Shown piece by piece: positions 1 to 9,953 of a stretch of 34,941 nucleotides of DNA. The position numbers and the translations under genes are program-made. The stretch covers positions 1 to 34,941 of the forward strand of contig JAHPZJ010000007.1 of NCBI GenBank assembly GCA_019058245.1. Direction: 5' to 3'. A model generated the notes under the pieces. The model saw only the letters and a program-made list of their open reading frames with translations. It searched no databases and was not told the DNA's origin. The first letter of the stretch is position 1. Each line of letters starts with the position of its first letter. This DNA comes from Promethearchaeota archaeon (lineage in GTDB: Archaea > Asgardarchaeota > Lokiarchaeia > Sigyniarchaeales > SOKP01).

Positions 1-305
1 ATTGTAATAGGCATTGTTTTGAGATCTTCAATTTTATTTATAGAATCGCAGTTCCAGAAGTTATCTTTATTTGTTTTAAAGTTGGAAAATTTAGGTTCAG
101 AAGCAATTTTAATATAAGCATCATGTGGTTTACATCTTCCAAATGCTGATGTATCATATTCTAGGAAAATACCGCAATTCCACTTTTGCGTTGTATTTTC
201 ATTTATACATTCTAGTTTACTATGTATTGATTTATCTTCACAAACTCGGCATATTTTTCTATCATAATGATATTTTTCTCCACACTTGGGACATTTTAAT
301 AACAT
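1..305 (-). CDS. Zn-ribbon-containing hypothetical protein (partial, runs off the left edge)
   Basis: Manual translation from ATG at 305: MLLKCPKCGEKYHYDRKICRVCEDKSIHSKLECINENTTQKWNCGIFLEY...; open to position 1; N-terminal CPKC-x10-CRVC pair. Absent from the ORF track because it has no stop in the window. Confidence 0.75.
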   Translation of the reverse strand, partial: MLLKCPKCGEKYHYDRKICRVCEDKSIHSKLECINENTTQKWNCGIFLEYDTSAFGRCKPHDAYIKIASEPKFSNFKTNKDNFWNCDSINKIEDLKTMPIT

Positions 306-340
306 TTTTAAACACTTTTTTTATTTTTTATACTATTTGA

Positions 341-356
341 AGGGAATAAATTCCCT
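341..356. promoter_or_regulatory. Perfect inverted repeat AGGGAAT-AA-ATTCCCT, candidate operator
   Basis: 7-bp arms with a 2-nt spacer; relatively GC-rich in a very AT-rich spacer between divergent genes; 36 bp upstream of the ATG at 305. Confidence 0.4.
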
Positions 357-554
357 CATTTTTTATTCTATAAATATAATTATGATCACTTATATATAAA
401 TCTTTACTTTTTCTATTTCATATGTTTATAAATATAGAAGAAATGATCAGTATATGATATATAAATATCCTCAATTAATGAACAATTAATCTTACTAACA
501 ATTTTTCTCGTACTTTTAAATAATATTTATCAAATGTAAGTTAAGATAATAATA

Positions 555-743
555 ATGCAAATCAAAGGATTTCCAAAGATGTATTATCATTGTCCAAATT
601 GTTCTTCAATGAAAATACCTCAGGTCTTAAATTATTTTCCCCCAAAAACTGTGAAATGTATGGATTGTGGTTATATTAACACCGAGACTAAATTTATAAA
701 GGAACAAGATAAAAAATTTACACCACTTCATTATACACATTGA
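555..743 (+). CDS. Small Zn-ribbon protein (62 aa)
   Basis: CPNC...CMDCG knuckle pair; divergent from the 1-305 gene. Confidence 0.7.
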   Translation: MQIKGFPKMYYHCPNCSSMKIPQVLNYFPPKTVKCMDCGYINTETKFIKEQDKKFTPLHYTH

Positions 744-860
744 AGTCCAATATATTCTAATTTTTTTAAATTTTGATAAATTATTAATTAATTTTAAATA
801 GAATTTAAAATATCGAAAAAGAGATTGAAAGCGGTAATAATGAAATTTTTCTTTTTATTC

Positions 861-1037
861 TTATTTTAGTGCATAATAGCAACGCTTAGGAGAAAATATT
901 TTGCCTTCCTCACGCAATTTTTTTATGATTTTAGATACTTCTTTAGATTCAACACCAATTTGGTCAGCAATTTCGCCCGGACGTAAAGGCTTAGAAGTAC
1001 TTTTAAAAACACTTAACACCTTATCTCTATCTGACAT
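861..1037 (-). CDS. Stand-alone winged helix-turn-helix protein (58 aa)
   Basis: Manual translation MSDRDKVLSVFKSTSKPLRPGEIADQIGVESKEVSKIIKKLREEGKIFSPKRCYYALK*; classic wHTH pattern (PLxPGEIA..G...EVSK..K.L..EGKI..). Below the ORF-track length cutoff; the 901-1092 + ORF is its shadow. Confidence 0.85.
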   Translation of the reverse strand: MSDRDKVLSVFKSTSKPLRPGEIADQIGVESKEVSKIIKKLREEGKIFSPKRCYYALK

Positions 1038-1310
1038 GAATAATCATATACAAAATTCTAAGTTATGCTATAAAATGATACTTAATATTTGAACATAATC
1101 TAAGTACATACTTTTGGTACTATGAATTGCTGAAATTTTCATGTTTTTGAATTTAATCCACTTTTATAATTTCTTGAATGTTTGGTATTTTGAAATTGGA
1201 ATTTGTTATTATTTCTTGGGTAGAATTATCATAAAAGCATTTCATAGAAATAAATAATAAAAACAATATTTAGAGATAAAATAAATAACTTAATCCTTAA
1301 ATCAAATGAA

Positions 1311-1922
1311 TTATTTTCTTATCATTCCACAAAGACGTACATCTGTATTGGGAATTATAGTGTCTTCAAGGATTTCAAACCCACAATGTTCATAAATAGA
1401 TATATTTTTTTCCGTGTTTGTTTCAAGGTAAATTGGTAAATTCTCCTTTTCAACTCTTGCAAACATCGCTTTTAGTAAAGTATCCGCATGACCCTTTCCT
1501 TGGAATTCAGGTTCAACCCCAAGAGGGGCTAAATACCAATGTTTGAAAGGAGCATTACGTTTATGAACTAAATCCGTATATTCTTCAATCTTTTTTGATC
1601 TTTTATAGAATTCTATTCCTAATTTTTCAACGACTTTCTTTCCACCACTCCGTACTTTTGCTTCGTATGTTTTATAAATATATTCAAAGGGGATCCATCC
1701 AGCAATCCCCTCCAAATCAGCGCTAGGTGAATACACTTCTCCATATAAAACGTCATAACGTATTACATATTCAAAGATATACTTTAGTTTTTCTTTTCTT
1801 TCAAAATCATCAGGAATGGTGTAAATAAAACCTGGATTGTCATAAAAAGCTCGAGATAAAACTTCACTGGCTTTTTTAACATGATCTTCTGTTATACGGA
1901 AAAGTTCTTTTAAATCGAACAT
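1311..1922 (-). CDS. GNAT-family N-acetyltransferase
   Basis: HWYLAPLGVEPEFQGKGHA (acetyl-CoA motif A) and YLET..NISIYEHCGF. Start placed at MFDLKELF (1922) rather than 1973. Confidence 0.9.
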   Translation of the reverse strand: MFDLKELFRITEDHVKKASEVLSRAFYDNPGFIYTIPDDFERKEKLKYIFEYVIRYDVLYGEVYSPSADLEGIAGWIPFEYIYKTYEAKVRSGGKKVVEKLGIEFYKRSKKIEEYTDLVHKRNAPFKHWYLAPLGVEPEFQGKGHADTLLKAMFARVEKENLPIYLETNTEKNISIYEHCGFEILEDTIIPNTDVRLCGMIRK

Positions 1923-2110
1923 AATTGATATTAAATATAACAAGATGTACGTTAAAAGCTTTTTTGTTTTCATTTATCCAGATTTTAATTACGGGTGTAT
2001 TTTTAAATACTCTTTTGATAAACTAATGAATTTTTGGAAAATAATCTAAGATTAGAATGAAAAATGATGATTTAAATATACTTTTTAGTACAACAAATAT
2101 TAGAAAAAAA

Positions 2111-3586
2111 CTAATAACTTTTAGCAATATAGACAGTACATCCTGCGGGTTTCCCACAGATTATGCAGGTTGCAAACTCGTGTTTTTCTTCATCAAACCT
2201 TCTACCACGAACAAATCCACCAATTTCTTTTTCAACCACTTCAGCGCAAGGATACGCATCCATATCAATTGAGCAGAAACCACAGCACACAATTTTACCA
2301 TTGTTAATTGCTTCAATTGCTGCATCTTTTTCATAAGTAACTTCGATTTGAGATTCAAAATCAATTAAAGATTTCTCTTTAATCTCTTTAGTATAATTTT
2401 GAGCAAGCTCATCGATTTTAATTTTCAGATCCTCTTTTTTTATAGTCAGCTTTTTTCCATCATGCCTTTTTACAACTATTACTTTATTATTTTCGATATC
2501 TTTTGGTCCAATCTCAATTCTTAATGGAACTCCTTTTAATTCCCAATAGTAAAATTTGTTTCCAACTGAGAGATCAGAATCATCAAGTTTGACTATATAT
2601 TTATCTTTTAATTCTTCATATACTTCCTTAGCTCCTTTTAGAACTGCTTCTTCTTTCCCCTTATATAATATTGGAATAATCACTATTTGAACTGGTGAAA
2701 TATCAAAAGGTAAAATTAATCCTTGATCATCACCCAAATATGCTATTATTGCTCCATAAATTCGACTTATTGCAGGACCATAACACGTTTGATATCCATA
2801 CTTTTCCTCACCATCTTTATCTACAAACTTTATATTGAATGGTTTTGAAAAATTTTGTCCAAGTAGATGTGTTGATGGCTGTTGCATCACTTTTCCTGAA
2901 CCCATTAACACATCGGCTGCAAACGTGGATACAGCCCCAGGAAATTTATCCCACTGAGGCCTTTCAAAAAAGATAATTGGAATTGCAAATTCCTCTTGAA
3001 GCATCTCATATGCCATTTCCATATCTTCTTTTACCTGATCCATAGCTTCTTCCATTGTGGCATATACATTATGAGCTTCTATCCAATGGAATTCTCTGCC
3101 TCTAAAAAAGGGTCTTGTCATCTTTGTTTCATATCGCCAAACTTGACATGATAAATACCTTTTGAAGGGGAGATCTTTATAACTATGAATCCAAAAAGGA
3201 TACATTTTATATAATGCCGTCTCACTTGTAGGACGTAAAGCTAACTTTTCAGTAAGTTTACCCGAACTACCTGCTTCGGTTACCCAAAAAACTTCAGGAG
3301 TAAATCCCTCAACATGCTGTGCCTCTAAATGAAAATTAGATTCGGGAATTAAAGAGGGCATAGTGAGTGGTAAATGACCATTCTTTTCCAACAATGTTTC
3401 ATACTTGGCATACATTTTTTTAATTGTAATCGTAGCCCATTCTCTATAAACCACAAACCCTTTAACATTATATCTGATATCTGCTAATTCTGCTTTATTT
3501 AATATTTCTGTATACCATGCGGAAAAATCCTCTTCCTTCGAAACTGTAATTCCTGTTATAGGTGCTTCTTTTTTCTTTTTTCCCAT
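2111..3586 (-). CDS. proS: Prolyl-tRNA synthetase, archaeal/eukaryotic type
   Basis: FSAWY..ILNKAEL, HVEGFTPEV, LRPTSET, WRYETKMTRPFFRGREFHWIEAH, anticodon domain WELKGVPLRIEIGPKD, Zn-binding C-terminus ending in AKSY. Confidence 0.97.
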   Translation of the reverse strand: MGKKKKEAPITGITVSKEEDFSAWYTEILNKAELADIRYNVKGFVVYREWATITIKKMYAKYETLLEKNGHLPLTMPSLIPESNFHLEAQHVEGFTPEVFWVTEAGSSGKLTEKLALRPTSETALYKMYPFWIHSYKDLPFKRYLSCQVWRYETKMTRPFFRGREFHWIEAHNVYATMEEAMDQVKEDMEMAYEMLQEEFAIPIIFFERPQWDKFPGAVSTFAADVLMGSGKVMQQPSTHLLGQNFSKPFNIKFVDKDGEEKYGYQTCYGPAISRIYGAIIAYLGDDQGLILPFDISPVQIVIIPILYKGKEEAVLKGAKEVYEELKDKYIVKLDDSDLSVGNKFYYWELKGVPLRIEIGPKDIENNKVIVVKRHDGKKLTIKKEDLKIKIDELAQNYTKEIKEKSLIDFESQIEVTYEKDAAIEAINNGKIVCCGFCSIDMDAYPCAEVVEKEIGGFVRGRRFDEEKHEFATCIICGKPAGCTVYIAKSY

Positions 3587-3678
3587 CGAAAATCACCAAA
3601 TATAATTAACCAAAAATTATATAGTTTATGAGAATCTTAGATAAGATATCTAAACTAATACAAATTAAAAACTATTGT

Positions 3679-4425
3679 TTAATTTTTATCAGAAAGCAGT
3701 AAAGCATTAGTTATAATTAATCCTGGTTTTACTATAACATCATACTTCTTCGCTTCTAAAAACCCTTGGACTTCTTTTGCTACATTTTCTATTTTCTTTA
3801 TATCATGCTCATCAGGAACTGAATAACTAATGACTGATTGGGCGGATTCTAATTCTATTTTACCTACTTCGTCAGCTTTTTCTATTGAAACATGATTTGC
3901 ACCAGCTAATGTTGCAATTTTTTTAATTTCTTCCTCTAAAGAGCCAAATGTAAAATACTCTTTACTTCTCGACAGGAATTTTTCTGATATAATCTTTTCT
4001 AAATGTGCCCGGGAGGTTGGATCATAAAAAGCAGTTAATTCTTGAGCACATATAGTTTTATACTTCCCTTGAATTAGTTCTTCTTTACTATTTATAAACT
4101 CAATTAATTTTTCATAATATTCTGGGTCTATCTTTTGAAAGTTTTCTATATTTCTAACTAAATCCGTCAATTTATCAATCAAATCATAATAAAATTTTAA
4201 GATAGACTTAATTTCCAATTTATCCTTCATCTCTTTTATTTCAGGATAATACTTTTTAAGAATTAGGTTAATACTCTTATTAAATTTAGCACAAACATTG
4301 GCAATATCATCAACAACTTGAATAGAATTTCTATTTAATAGTTCAATTAAATGAATTTCTAAACTTGGTAAACCTTCAAAAATTTCGGTGATCTTAAGTC
4401 TGTATTTTTTTTCAATATAACTCAT
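3679..4425 (-). CDS. Hypothetical protein (helical N-terminal part, small alpha/beta C-terminal part)
   Basis: 248-aa ORF with genome-typical composition, co-oriented upstream of proS; no motif recognised. Confidence 0.8.
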   Translation of the reverse strand: MSYIEKKYRLKITEIFEGLPSLEIHLIELLNRNSIQVVDDIANVCAKFNKSINLILKKYYPEIKEMKDKLEIKSILKFYYDLIDKLTDLVRNIENFQKIDPEYYEKLIEFINSKEELIQGKYKTICAQELTAFYDPTSRAHLEKIISEKFLSRSKEYFTFGSLEEEIKKIATLAGANHVSIEKADEVGKIELESAQSVISYSVPDEHDIKKIENVAKEVQGFLEAKKYDVIVKPGLIITNALLLSDKN

Positions 4426-4512
4426 TAGATTATAAAAAAGATAGAAATTTTCCTATATAATGTTATTTTTATGATAAAAAAACAAAATTCTTGATTTATA
4501 GATGAAATAATT

Positions 4513-5721
4513 CTACAAACCCGAGAATATTTTTACTACAGTCATTATTACCCCTGAAACTAAAGGAACAGTAAGATTATCATCCACTCCAAATGAAAAG
4601 AGTTCAATTAAAGGTGCTACGGCACCTCCACATATAAGGATAAGTAAAGGAATATCCAAAAGAAAGAATAAAAAATATCCACAAATGAGAACACAACCTA
4701 AGTAAGCTAATGTTCCTTCAACTGTTTTGTCATAAATCTTATGCTTACCAAATGCTAATCCAAATATTTTTCCAAAAATATCTCCAAATATAAGAAATAC
4801 TAATGAAGCTATAGCTATGGTTTTTTCAAATAGTAAAATGCTAATAAAGGCAGCAACTAGAAATATTGTCATTGATGAAAACTTGCTAACCTCACTTTTT
4901 TTAAAAATTGCTTTCACTTTTTCAGTTAGAATAACATTTGTTTGTTTATTTAAGAATCGCACTAATTCTAATAATATAAAAGCTAATGCAACTGAACCAA
5001 TGAATATAAGTGAAGGTAACCATGGATTAAAAGCATAAAAAATAACAAAAATTATGGCAAAAGGTCTCATCGCTACTCGCCACCAATGAGCTTTAAATGT
5101 CTCATCCTCGATTATGATTTTTTTTTCTGATATTACTTTATAAAGTCCTATTGACGCTATGTGAATAAGAATTAATATAAAGAATAAATTATACGCACTT
5201 GTAGGATAGATTTGAAAAACAGCAAAACCAAGAATAGGAAATGTAATAAGAGATAAGAGAGAGCCAACCCTACATATATAAACAAAAAGAACAACTAAAA
5301 TTATCAAATATAGTATTACAAAGAAAATCTCTAAACTTATAGCCATATAACTAACCAAATAAAAAAGTAATAAACCTGTCGATGTAGCTACACCCTGACC
5401 TCCACGAAAATTAAGATAATAAGGGAAAATGTGTCCGATAATAGCGACAATTCCACATAATTGTATTATAAAAAAGTTTCGATTCAATCCATAAGCCATT
5501 AACATTACTGCTAATCCTTTTAAAGTATCATATATTGCTGTCGGAATTGCATATTTGAGTCCCAAAACTCGAAACGCATTTGATGTTCCAGGATTCTTTG
5601 TACCTTCCTCCCTTAAATCAATTCCTTTTATTTTTCCAAAAATATACGCTGGTAAAATTCCCCCGATTAAATAACTTAAAATAACGCATAAAATATCTAA
5701 AAACAGTTCAATAAGATCCAT
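4513..5721 (-). CDS. plsY: PlsY-like glycerol-3-phosphate acyltransferase fused to a CTP-dependent dolichol/phytol/diacylglycerol kinase-like membrane domain
   Basis: N-half: SYLIGGI, GTKNPGTSNAFR, DTLKG, GHIFPYYLNFRGGQGVAT (PlsY motifs 1 and 2). C-half: FGDIFGKIFG..FGKH, KTVEGTLA, DDNLTVP (dolichol kinase/Dgk1/VTE5-type signature). Confidence 0.85.
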   Translation of the reverse strand: MDLIELFLDILCVILSYLIGGILPAYIFGKIKGIDLREEGTKNPGTSNAFRVLGLKYAIPTAIYDTLKGLAVMLMAYGLNRNFFIIQLCGIVAIIGHIFPYYLNFRGGQGVATSTGLLLFYLVSYMAISLEIFFVILYLIILVVLFVYICRVGSLLSLITFPILGFAVFQIYPTSAYNLFFILILIHIASIGLYKVISEKKIIIEDETFKAHWWRVAMRPFAIIFVIFYAFNPWLPSLIFIGSVALAFILLELVRFLNKQTNVILTEKVKAIFKKSEVSKFSSMTIFLVAAFISILLFEKTIAIASLVFLIFGDIFGKIFGLAFGKHKIYDKTVEGTLAYLGCVLICGYFLFFLLDIPLLILICGGAVAPLIELFSFGVDDNLTVPLVSGVIMTVVKIFSGL

Positions 5722-6037
5722 TAATCCTCACTTATTTTGATACTATATATACTTGAGAGGAATATATATTTATACTTTTTTAACAGTGTTTATGAACCTG
5801 CTAAAAATATGTGAGAATAGTATATAAATATCTAGAAATTAACCACCGTGAAATATCAATTCCAAAAAAAGAAAAAATAGAACTCTAAAAAAGTAATTTT
5901 TTTTATGGATGATGAAATTAATTGATATTGAATTTTTTATTTACATTTTTAACAAACTTTTCTTTTAGAAATATTTATATAACTTTTTTATGACTAAATT
6001 ATCAAATAACTAATTTTCAATACTTTAGGCATTTTCT

Positions 6038-6415
6038 ATGAGTAAAGAAATGATAAAGTTTAAAGAAAAATCATTAAATAATGCTGAAACATATTATAAA
6101 CAACTTCATTTAACGCGAGAACAGAGAAGGAAAGTCCGTTTAGTCTCAAAATTAGCAACTCATTATATCCCAATAAACGAATATGCTATGAGTGGTTTTG
6201 CATTTATGGCAATCCGTGATTATCAAGTTGATAATAAAATAGAGATGACAGAATTTGAAAATATGCCTGCTGAAGCGAAACTTGAGATGTTTTCTGACTT
6301 ATTAAAAAGAATTAGAAATAGATTATTACAGGCAATAGTAAAACCAGAACAAACTTCGGTTTTAGATAATGCGATAAAAGAAGTCTATAATTTTTATAAA
6401 AATAATCTCGTATAG
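6038..6415 (+). CDS. Hypothetical alpha-helical protein (125 aa)
   Basis: Clean ORF with ATG start; TATA-like TTTATATA about 60 bp upstream; T-rich tract downstream. Confidence 0.75.
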   Translation: MSKEMIKFKEKSLNNAETYYKQLHLTREQRRKVRLVSKLATHYIPINEYAMSGFAFMAIRDYQVDNKIEMTEFENMPAEAKLEMFSDLLKRIRNRLLQAIVKPEQTSVLDNAIKEVYNFYKNNLV

Positions 6416-6638
6416 TTTCAATCTTTTTTAATTTGTATTTAATAGACTAATCTAGTGAAGAAATTTCTCAGTTTTTATTTTTAAATCTTATTTCCCATAC
6501 TATAGACTCGAATAAAATTCTCAATTTTAAAATTATATCAAAATTGGTGTATATAGTATCATATTATTTACTTTATTAACAAGAATTAAAAAATAGAAAA
6601 AAAAAATAAATCTCCTTGTCCGAGATTGGAAATCTTTT

Positions 6639-7571
6639 TTACTGTAATTTACTTTTTATCTGTTTGGAACGACTTCTCAAAGTAACTTCAGTAACTTTTG
6701 CCACTTCTGAGACTTCTGCTTGTGTTTTTCTGCAATTTCCAGCTTTTGCCGCCATGTATATAACACTTGCAGCTAAACCCTTTGGATCTTTTCCTGTTCG
6801 TAATAATCCATTTTTAGAAGCTTCAACAAGCATATTAATTGCGTGTTTCTGTGTTTCCATTGGTAAGCCAAGGTCATTCCCGAACCGAAATACCAATTGC
6901 TCAGCAGTAATTGGTTTATATTTTAAATTTAGCTCAGGAAGAACTTCCTTAACAATCATACCTAAGGAACGGTGTACAGTCCTTCTTGGAGTCATAGAGG
7001 CTTCACATACTTCTTCAAGTAATCTTGGAAATTCATGTACTCTAATTGCTGCGTATAAAGCAGCTGCGATAAATCCATCAATTGATCTTCCCATTGTTAA
7101 TTTCTTCTTTGCTACAACGGAATAAATCTTCCATGCGGTCTCTTTTATGTATTCTGGTATATTCATTTTGCTTGTTAACATTTTAAGCTTAGGCTTCGCT
7201 TCCCAGAAATTTCTCTCGATGCTTGAGATCAATGAATTTTGGATTTTAGATAATCTTGAAAATAATGTTTTTCCTCGGGCATTTATTAATCTACCTTTTG
7301 AATCGATTTTAGAATTTGGCAACATCGTTCGTGGACCAAACTCACGCCATCTTGGTTCAGTTCTACGCCTTTTGTTGACTTCTTCGACAGTATAAGCTCT
7401 TCTTTCATTTCCAACGAGATTGCGACCAAAACTCATTCCACAATTCAAACATACATTATCTCCATCCCGAGATTCAATACAAGGATTATTACAACATTGA
7501 GCATCTGAACTGCAGCTTAATCCTTCCTCTGTAGTGGCTTTTGTTGAACGTAGTCTATCTTTATAACTCAT
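6639..7571 (-). CDS. tfb: Transcription initiation factor IIB (TFB) family protein
   Basis: N-terminal CC...CLNCG ribbon; two cyclin repeats with GRSIDGFIAAALYAAIR and GKDPKGLAASVIYMAA; C-terminal HTH TQAEVSEVAKVTEVTLRSR. Confidence 0.95.
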   Translation of the reverse strand: MSYKDRLRSTKATTEEGLSCSSDAQCCNNPCIESRDGDNVCLNCGMSFGRNLVGNERRAYTVEEVNKRRRTEPRWREFGPRTMLPNSKIDSKGRLINARGKTLFSRLSKIQNSLISSIERNFWEAKPKLKMLTSKMNIPEYIKETAWKIYSVVAKKKLTMGRSIDGFIAAALYAAIRVHEFPRLLEEVCEASMTPRRTVHRSLGMIVKEVLPELNLKYKPITAEQLVFRFGNDLGLPMETQKHAINMLVEASKNGLLRTGKDPKGLAASVIYMAAKAGNCRKTQAEVSEVAKVTEVTLRSRSKQIKSKLQ

Positions 7572-7770
7572 TTATGTTCACTTTTTATTATATTATTCTT
7601 TTCCTGCGGGTTCTATAATAATCAATAAGAATATTGATCAACGCATTATACTTTCTGTATTGCTAATGATCAGTTTTATTTATATTTTTTTTGTTTTTAT
7701 AACATAAGTATTATTTTTTTATTATAGAAGGTGTCTATTTATTGTGTTATGACATAAATTGTTAACCCAC

Positions 7771-7787
7771 TATATAAAAGCTTTTCT
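7771..7787 (-). promoter_or_regulatory. Candidate BRE-TATA promoter for tfb
   Basis: Minus strand reads AGAAAAGC-TTTTATATA: a purine-rich BRE followed by an archaeal TATA box, 200 bp upstream of the tfb ATG. Confidence 0.45.
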
Positions 7788-7908
7788 ATGCAAATTTGTT
7801 ATCTTACTAGGAACAGACGAAAAGTGGGTATTTTGTGGGTAAATTATAAATTATAAGTATGTGAAAGGAATTAATTGTTAAATAATAATAGGGATTAATT
7901 CAATGATA

Positions 7909-9639
7909 TTAATGATATAGAAACAAAAAACGTTCCATATAGTATAAGAAAATCTGATTATAATAACCATTAAAATAGAAGTCTGAAGCATGACCAGCAA
8001 GAGGCATCCATAATATAGTACACTTTCTATTTCCTTTAGCGTAATATGTATTTTGTATATTTTGTGAGATACTAAAATAATTAAGTATATCATGGGTACC
8101 TTGAAAAATAAGGCAGGGTGGACTATCACGTTCAACTAATTTCTCTGGATTTTTGAATACATCAGAACCACTAACTCCAAAAAACCCCATTTGTCCATTT
8201 GCCGGATAAAATGGAACTAAACCTTTGATTTTTATACTCGTACTAAAAATATCCGTATAATTTCCACTCGCAATAGCTAAAGCTACAGCACAAGTCAGAT
8301 GTCCTCCAGCGGAACCTCCACTTATAAATACAGAATCTAAATTAGCACCATAAATTTCCGTATGATTAGTAATATAACTAGTAAAGACACCAATATGTCG
8401 GATCATATCATCTATATTGAAATTCCCTTTTTTATAATTTGGAGTTAGAGGATCAAGGGCATATAAAGGATTTTCATCTATCCCATATTGTATATCAAAA
8501 ACATTATAACCTTGAGCTGCAAAATACTTATTCATCTGCATCATATTCATTAAACCTTTATCACCAGAGACCCAACCCCCTCCATGGATTCGGATGATTG
8601 TTGAATTAACACCAGGAAGATCATTTGTTTTAATCAAGGGCATATAAGCATCAAAATAGAGTTTAATATCTTCATCATCATAGAATAATGTATTTTTTTC
8701 AATTTTACAGTCCTTAGGAGGGATTCCTAAAAAATAATTTGATAACGAAAATGGAGTTTCTATAAAGTGTCGATTTACCTCTTGAGGGATACTTTCCTTC
8801 CAATTTGACTCAAACATATTCGAAAAGTTCCTTTCGATGGTAATAGTCGTGTTATGTGTTAAAAACAGAGGTACCATTAATAATCCAGAAACTATAATAC
8901 CAATTGTTATATTTCTATAAACTTTTTTATTGTTCCATTTACGATGTTTTAATTTCAAGAGTAAGATTGTATTTGCAAAAAAGATTAGTGAAAAGAATAG
9001 ACCAAATTGCCCTGAAATAATTGCTATAAACGTGCTGACAATTTCAAAAGATCCAAAAATACAGACTATTCCAAAGAGGATTCCTATAATGAAAGTTATT
9101 CTAGATATAATTGTTAGAACCTTTTTTAAGAAATATTTAGTTTTTATAAATTTTATTGAATATTTCCTCTGGACAATTTGATTCTGCAACCTTAGGTTAT
9201 ATTGTTCACTAATTCTAATCCCAAAAATAGCATAAAAAATTCCAAAAGCCATTGTTCCAAAATAAAAAAGATAAATTAACATATAGGCTCCTAAATTATC
9301 AATTAATCGATTAGAATAAGTAACTGAAATCAGTAAATTCCCTAGCATCAAGCATACTATAGCAATAATAATAAAAATCAAATAAATATAACTCAACAAG
9401 TTCCACTTCGGGAATATAAAATGATTATTCCTTTCCTTTATTGAATTTATAAAAATCAATATAATATTTTCAAAAAGAGCTATTAATAAAATAACCCCAA
9501 AATAATCCCATAAGGTAGAATAAATTGGAAATAATATATAGATAATTCCTAAGAAGATACAGCATGAATTCAAGATAACTGTTAAGTAGCTTACAATTTT
9601 AGATGGAGGAAATTTTAACCATTTATTATTAGTATTCAT
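7909..9639 (-). CDS. Polytopic membrane-anchored alpha/beta hydrolase (HSL-like esterase/lipase)
   Basis: About 7 N-terminal hydrophobic segments, then IHGGGW oxyanion motif, GGSAGG nucleophile elbow, QGTHD (Asp) and AGH (His). Confidence 0.9.
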   Translation of the reverse strand: MNTNNKWLKFPPSKIVSYLTVILNSCCIFLGIIYILFPIYSTLWDYFGVILLIALFENIILIFINSIKERNNHFIFPKWNLLSYIYLIFIIIAIVCLMLGNLLISVTYSNRLIDNLGAYMLIYLFYFGTMAFGIFYAIFGIRISEQYNLRLQNQIVQRKYSIKFIKTKYFLKKVLTIISRITFIIGILFGIVCIFGSFEIVSTFIAIISGQFGLFFSLIFFANTILLLKLKHRKWNNKKVYRNITIGIIVSGLLMVPLFLTHNTTITIERNFSNMFESNWKESIPQEVNRHFIETPFSLSNYFLGIPPKDCKIEKNTLFYDDEDIKLYFDAYMPLIKTNDLPGVNSTIIRIHGGGWVSGDKGLMNMMQMNKYFAAQGYNVFDIQYGIDENPLYALDPLTPNYKKGNFNIDDMIRHIGVFTSYITNHTEIYGANLDSVFISGGSAGGHLTCAVALAIASGNYTDIFSTSIKIKGLVPFYPANGQMGFFGVSGSDVFKNPEKLVERDSPPCLIFQGTHDILNYFSISQNIQNTYYAKGNRKCTILWMPLAGHASDFYFNGYYNQIFLYYMERFLFLYH

Positions 9640-9953
9640 TATTTCTTACTATTTATTTATCCCCTGTTTTAACCTTAGATATAATCGTCAGATCTATTTA
9701 TAAGGAATCTTAAAATTATCTTATTCTCTTATATCTATTGATTCACATAGGAATCATAGTTTAACCTTGAATAAATAGTCAAAAAAGTTATATTAAAATA
9801 TAATTAAATAGATATATTTTTAAATTGGAAGCGGAGAATATTAGGAATTAAGATCTATGTCAAAAAAGAGAATAAGATCTTCTTTTCTTCTCATCTTTTT
9901 ATGTGATAATGACACGTACTTCATTATCATTAAAACAATAGTTACTTATAATA

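Noticed and set aside
125-340. 71-aa + strand ORF
   Set aside because: Antisense shadow of the Zn-ribbon gene at 1-305; implausible composition.
861-1037. Z-DNA-binding Zalpha domain call for the wHTH
   Set aside because: Similar layout, but it lacks the Asn, Tyr and Trp residues that define Zalpha.
901-1092. 63-aa + strand ORF
   Set aside because: Shadow of the wHTH gene on the minus strand.
6616-7395. 169-aa and 82-aa + strand ORFs
   Set aside because: Antisense to tfb; no independent motifs.
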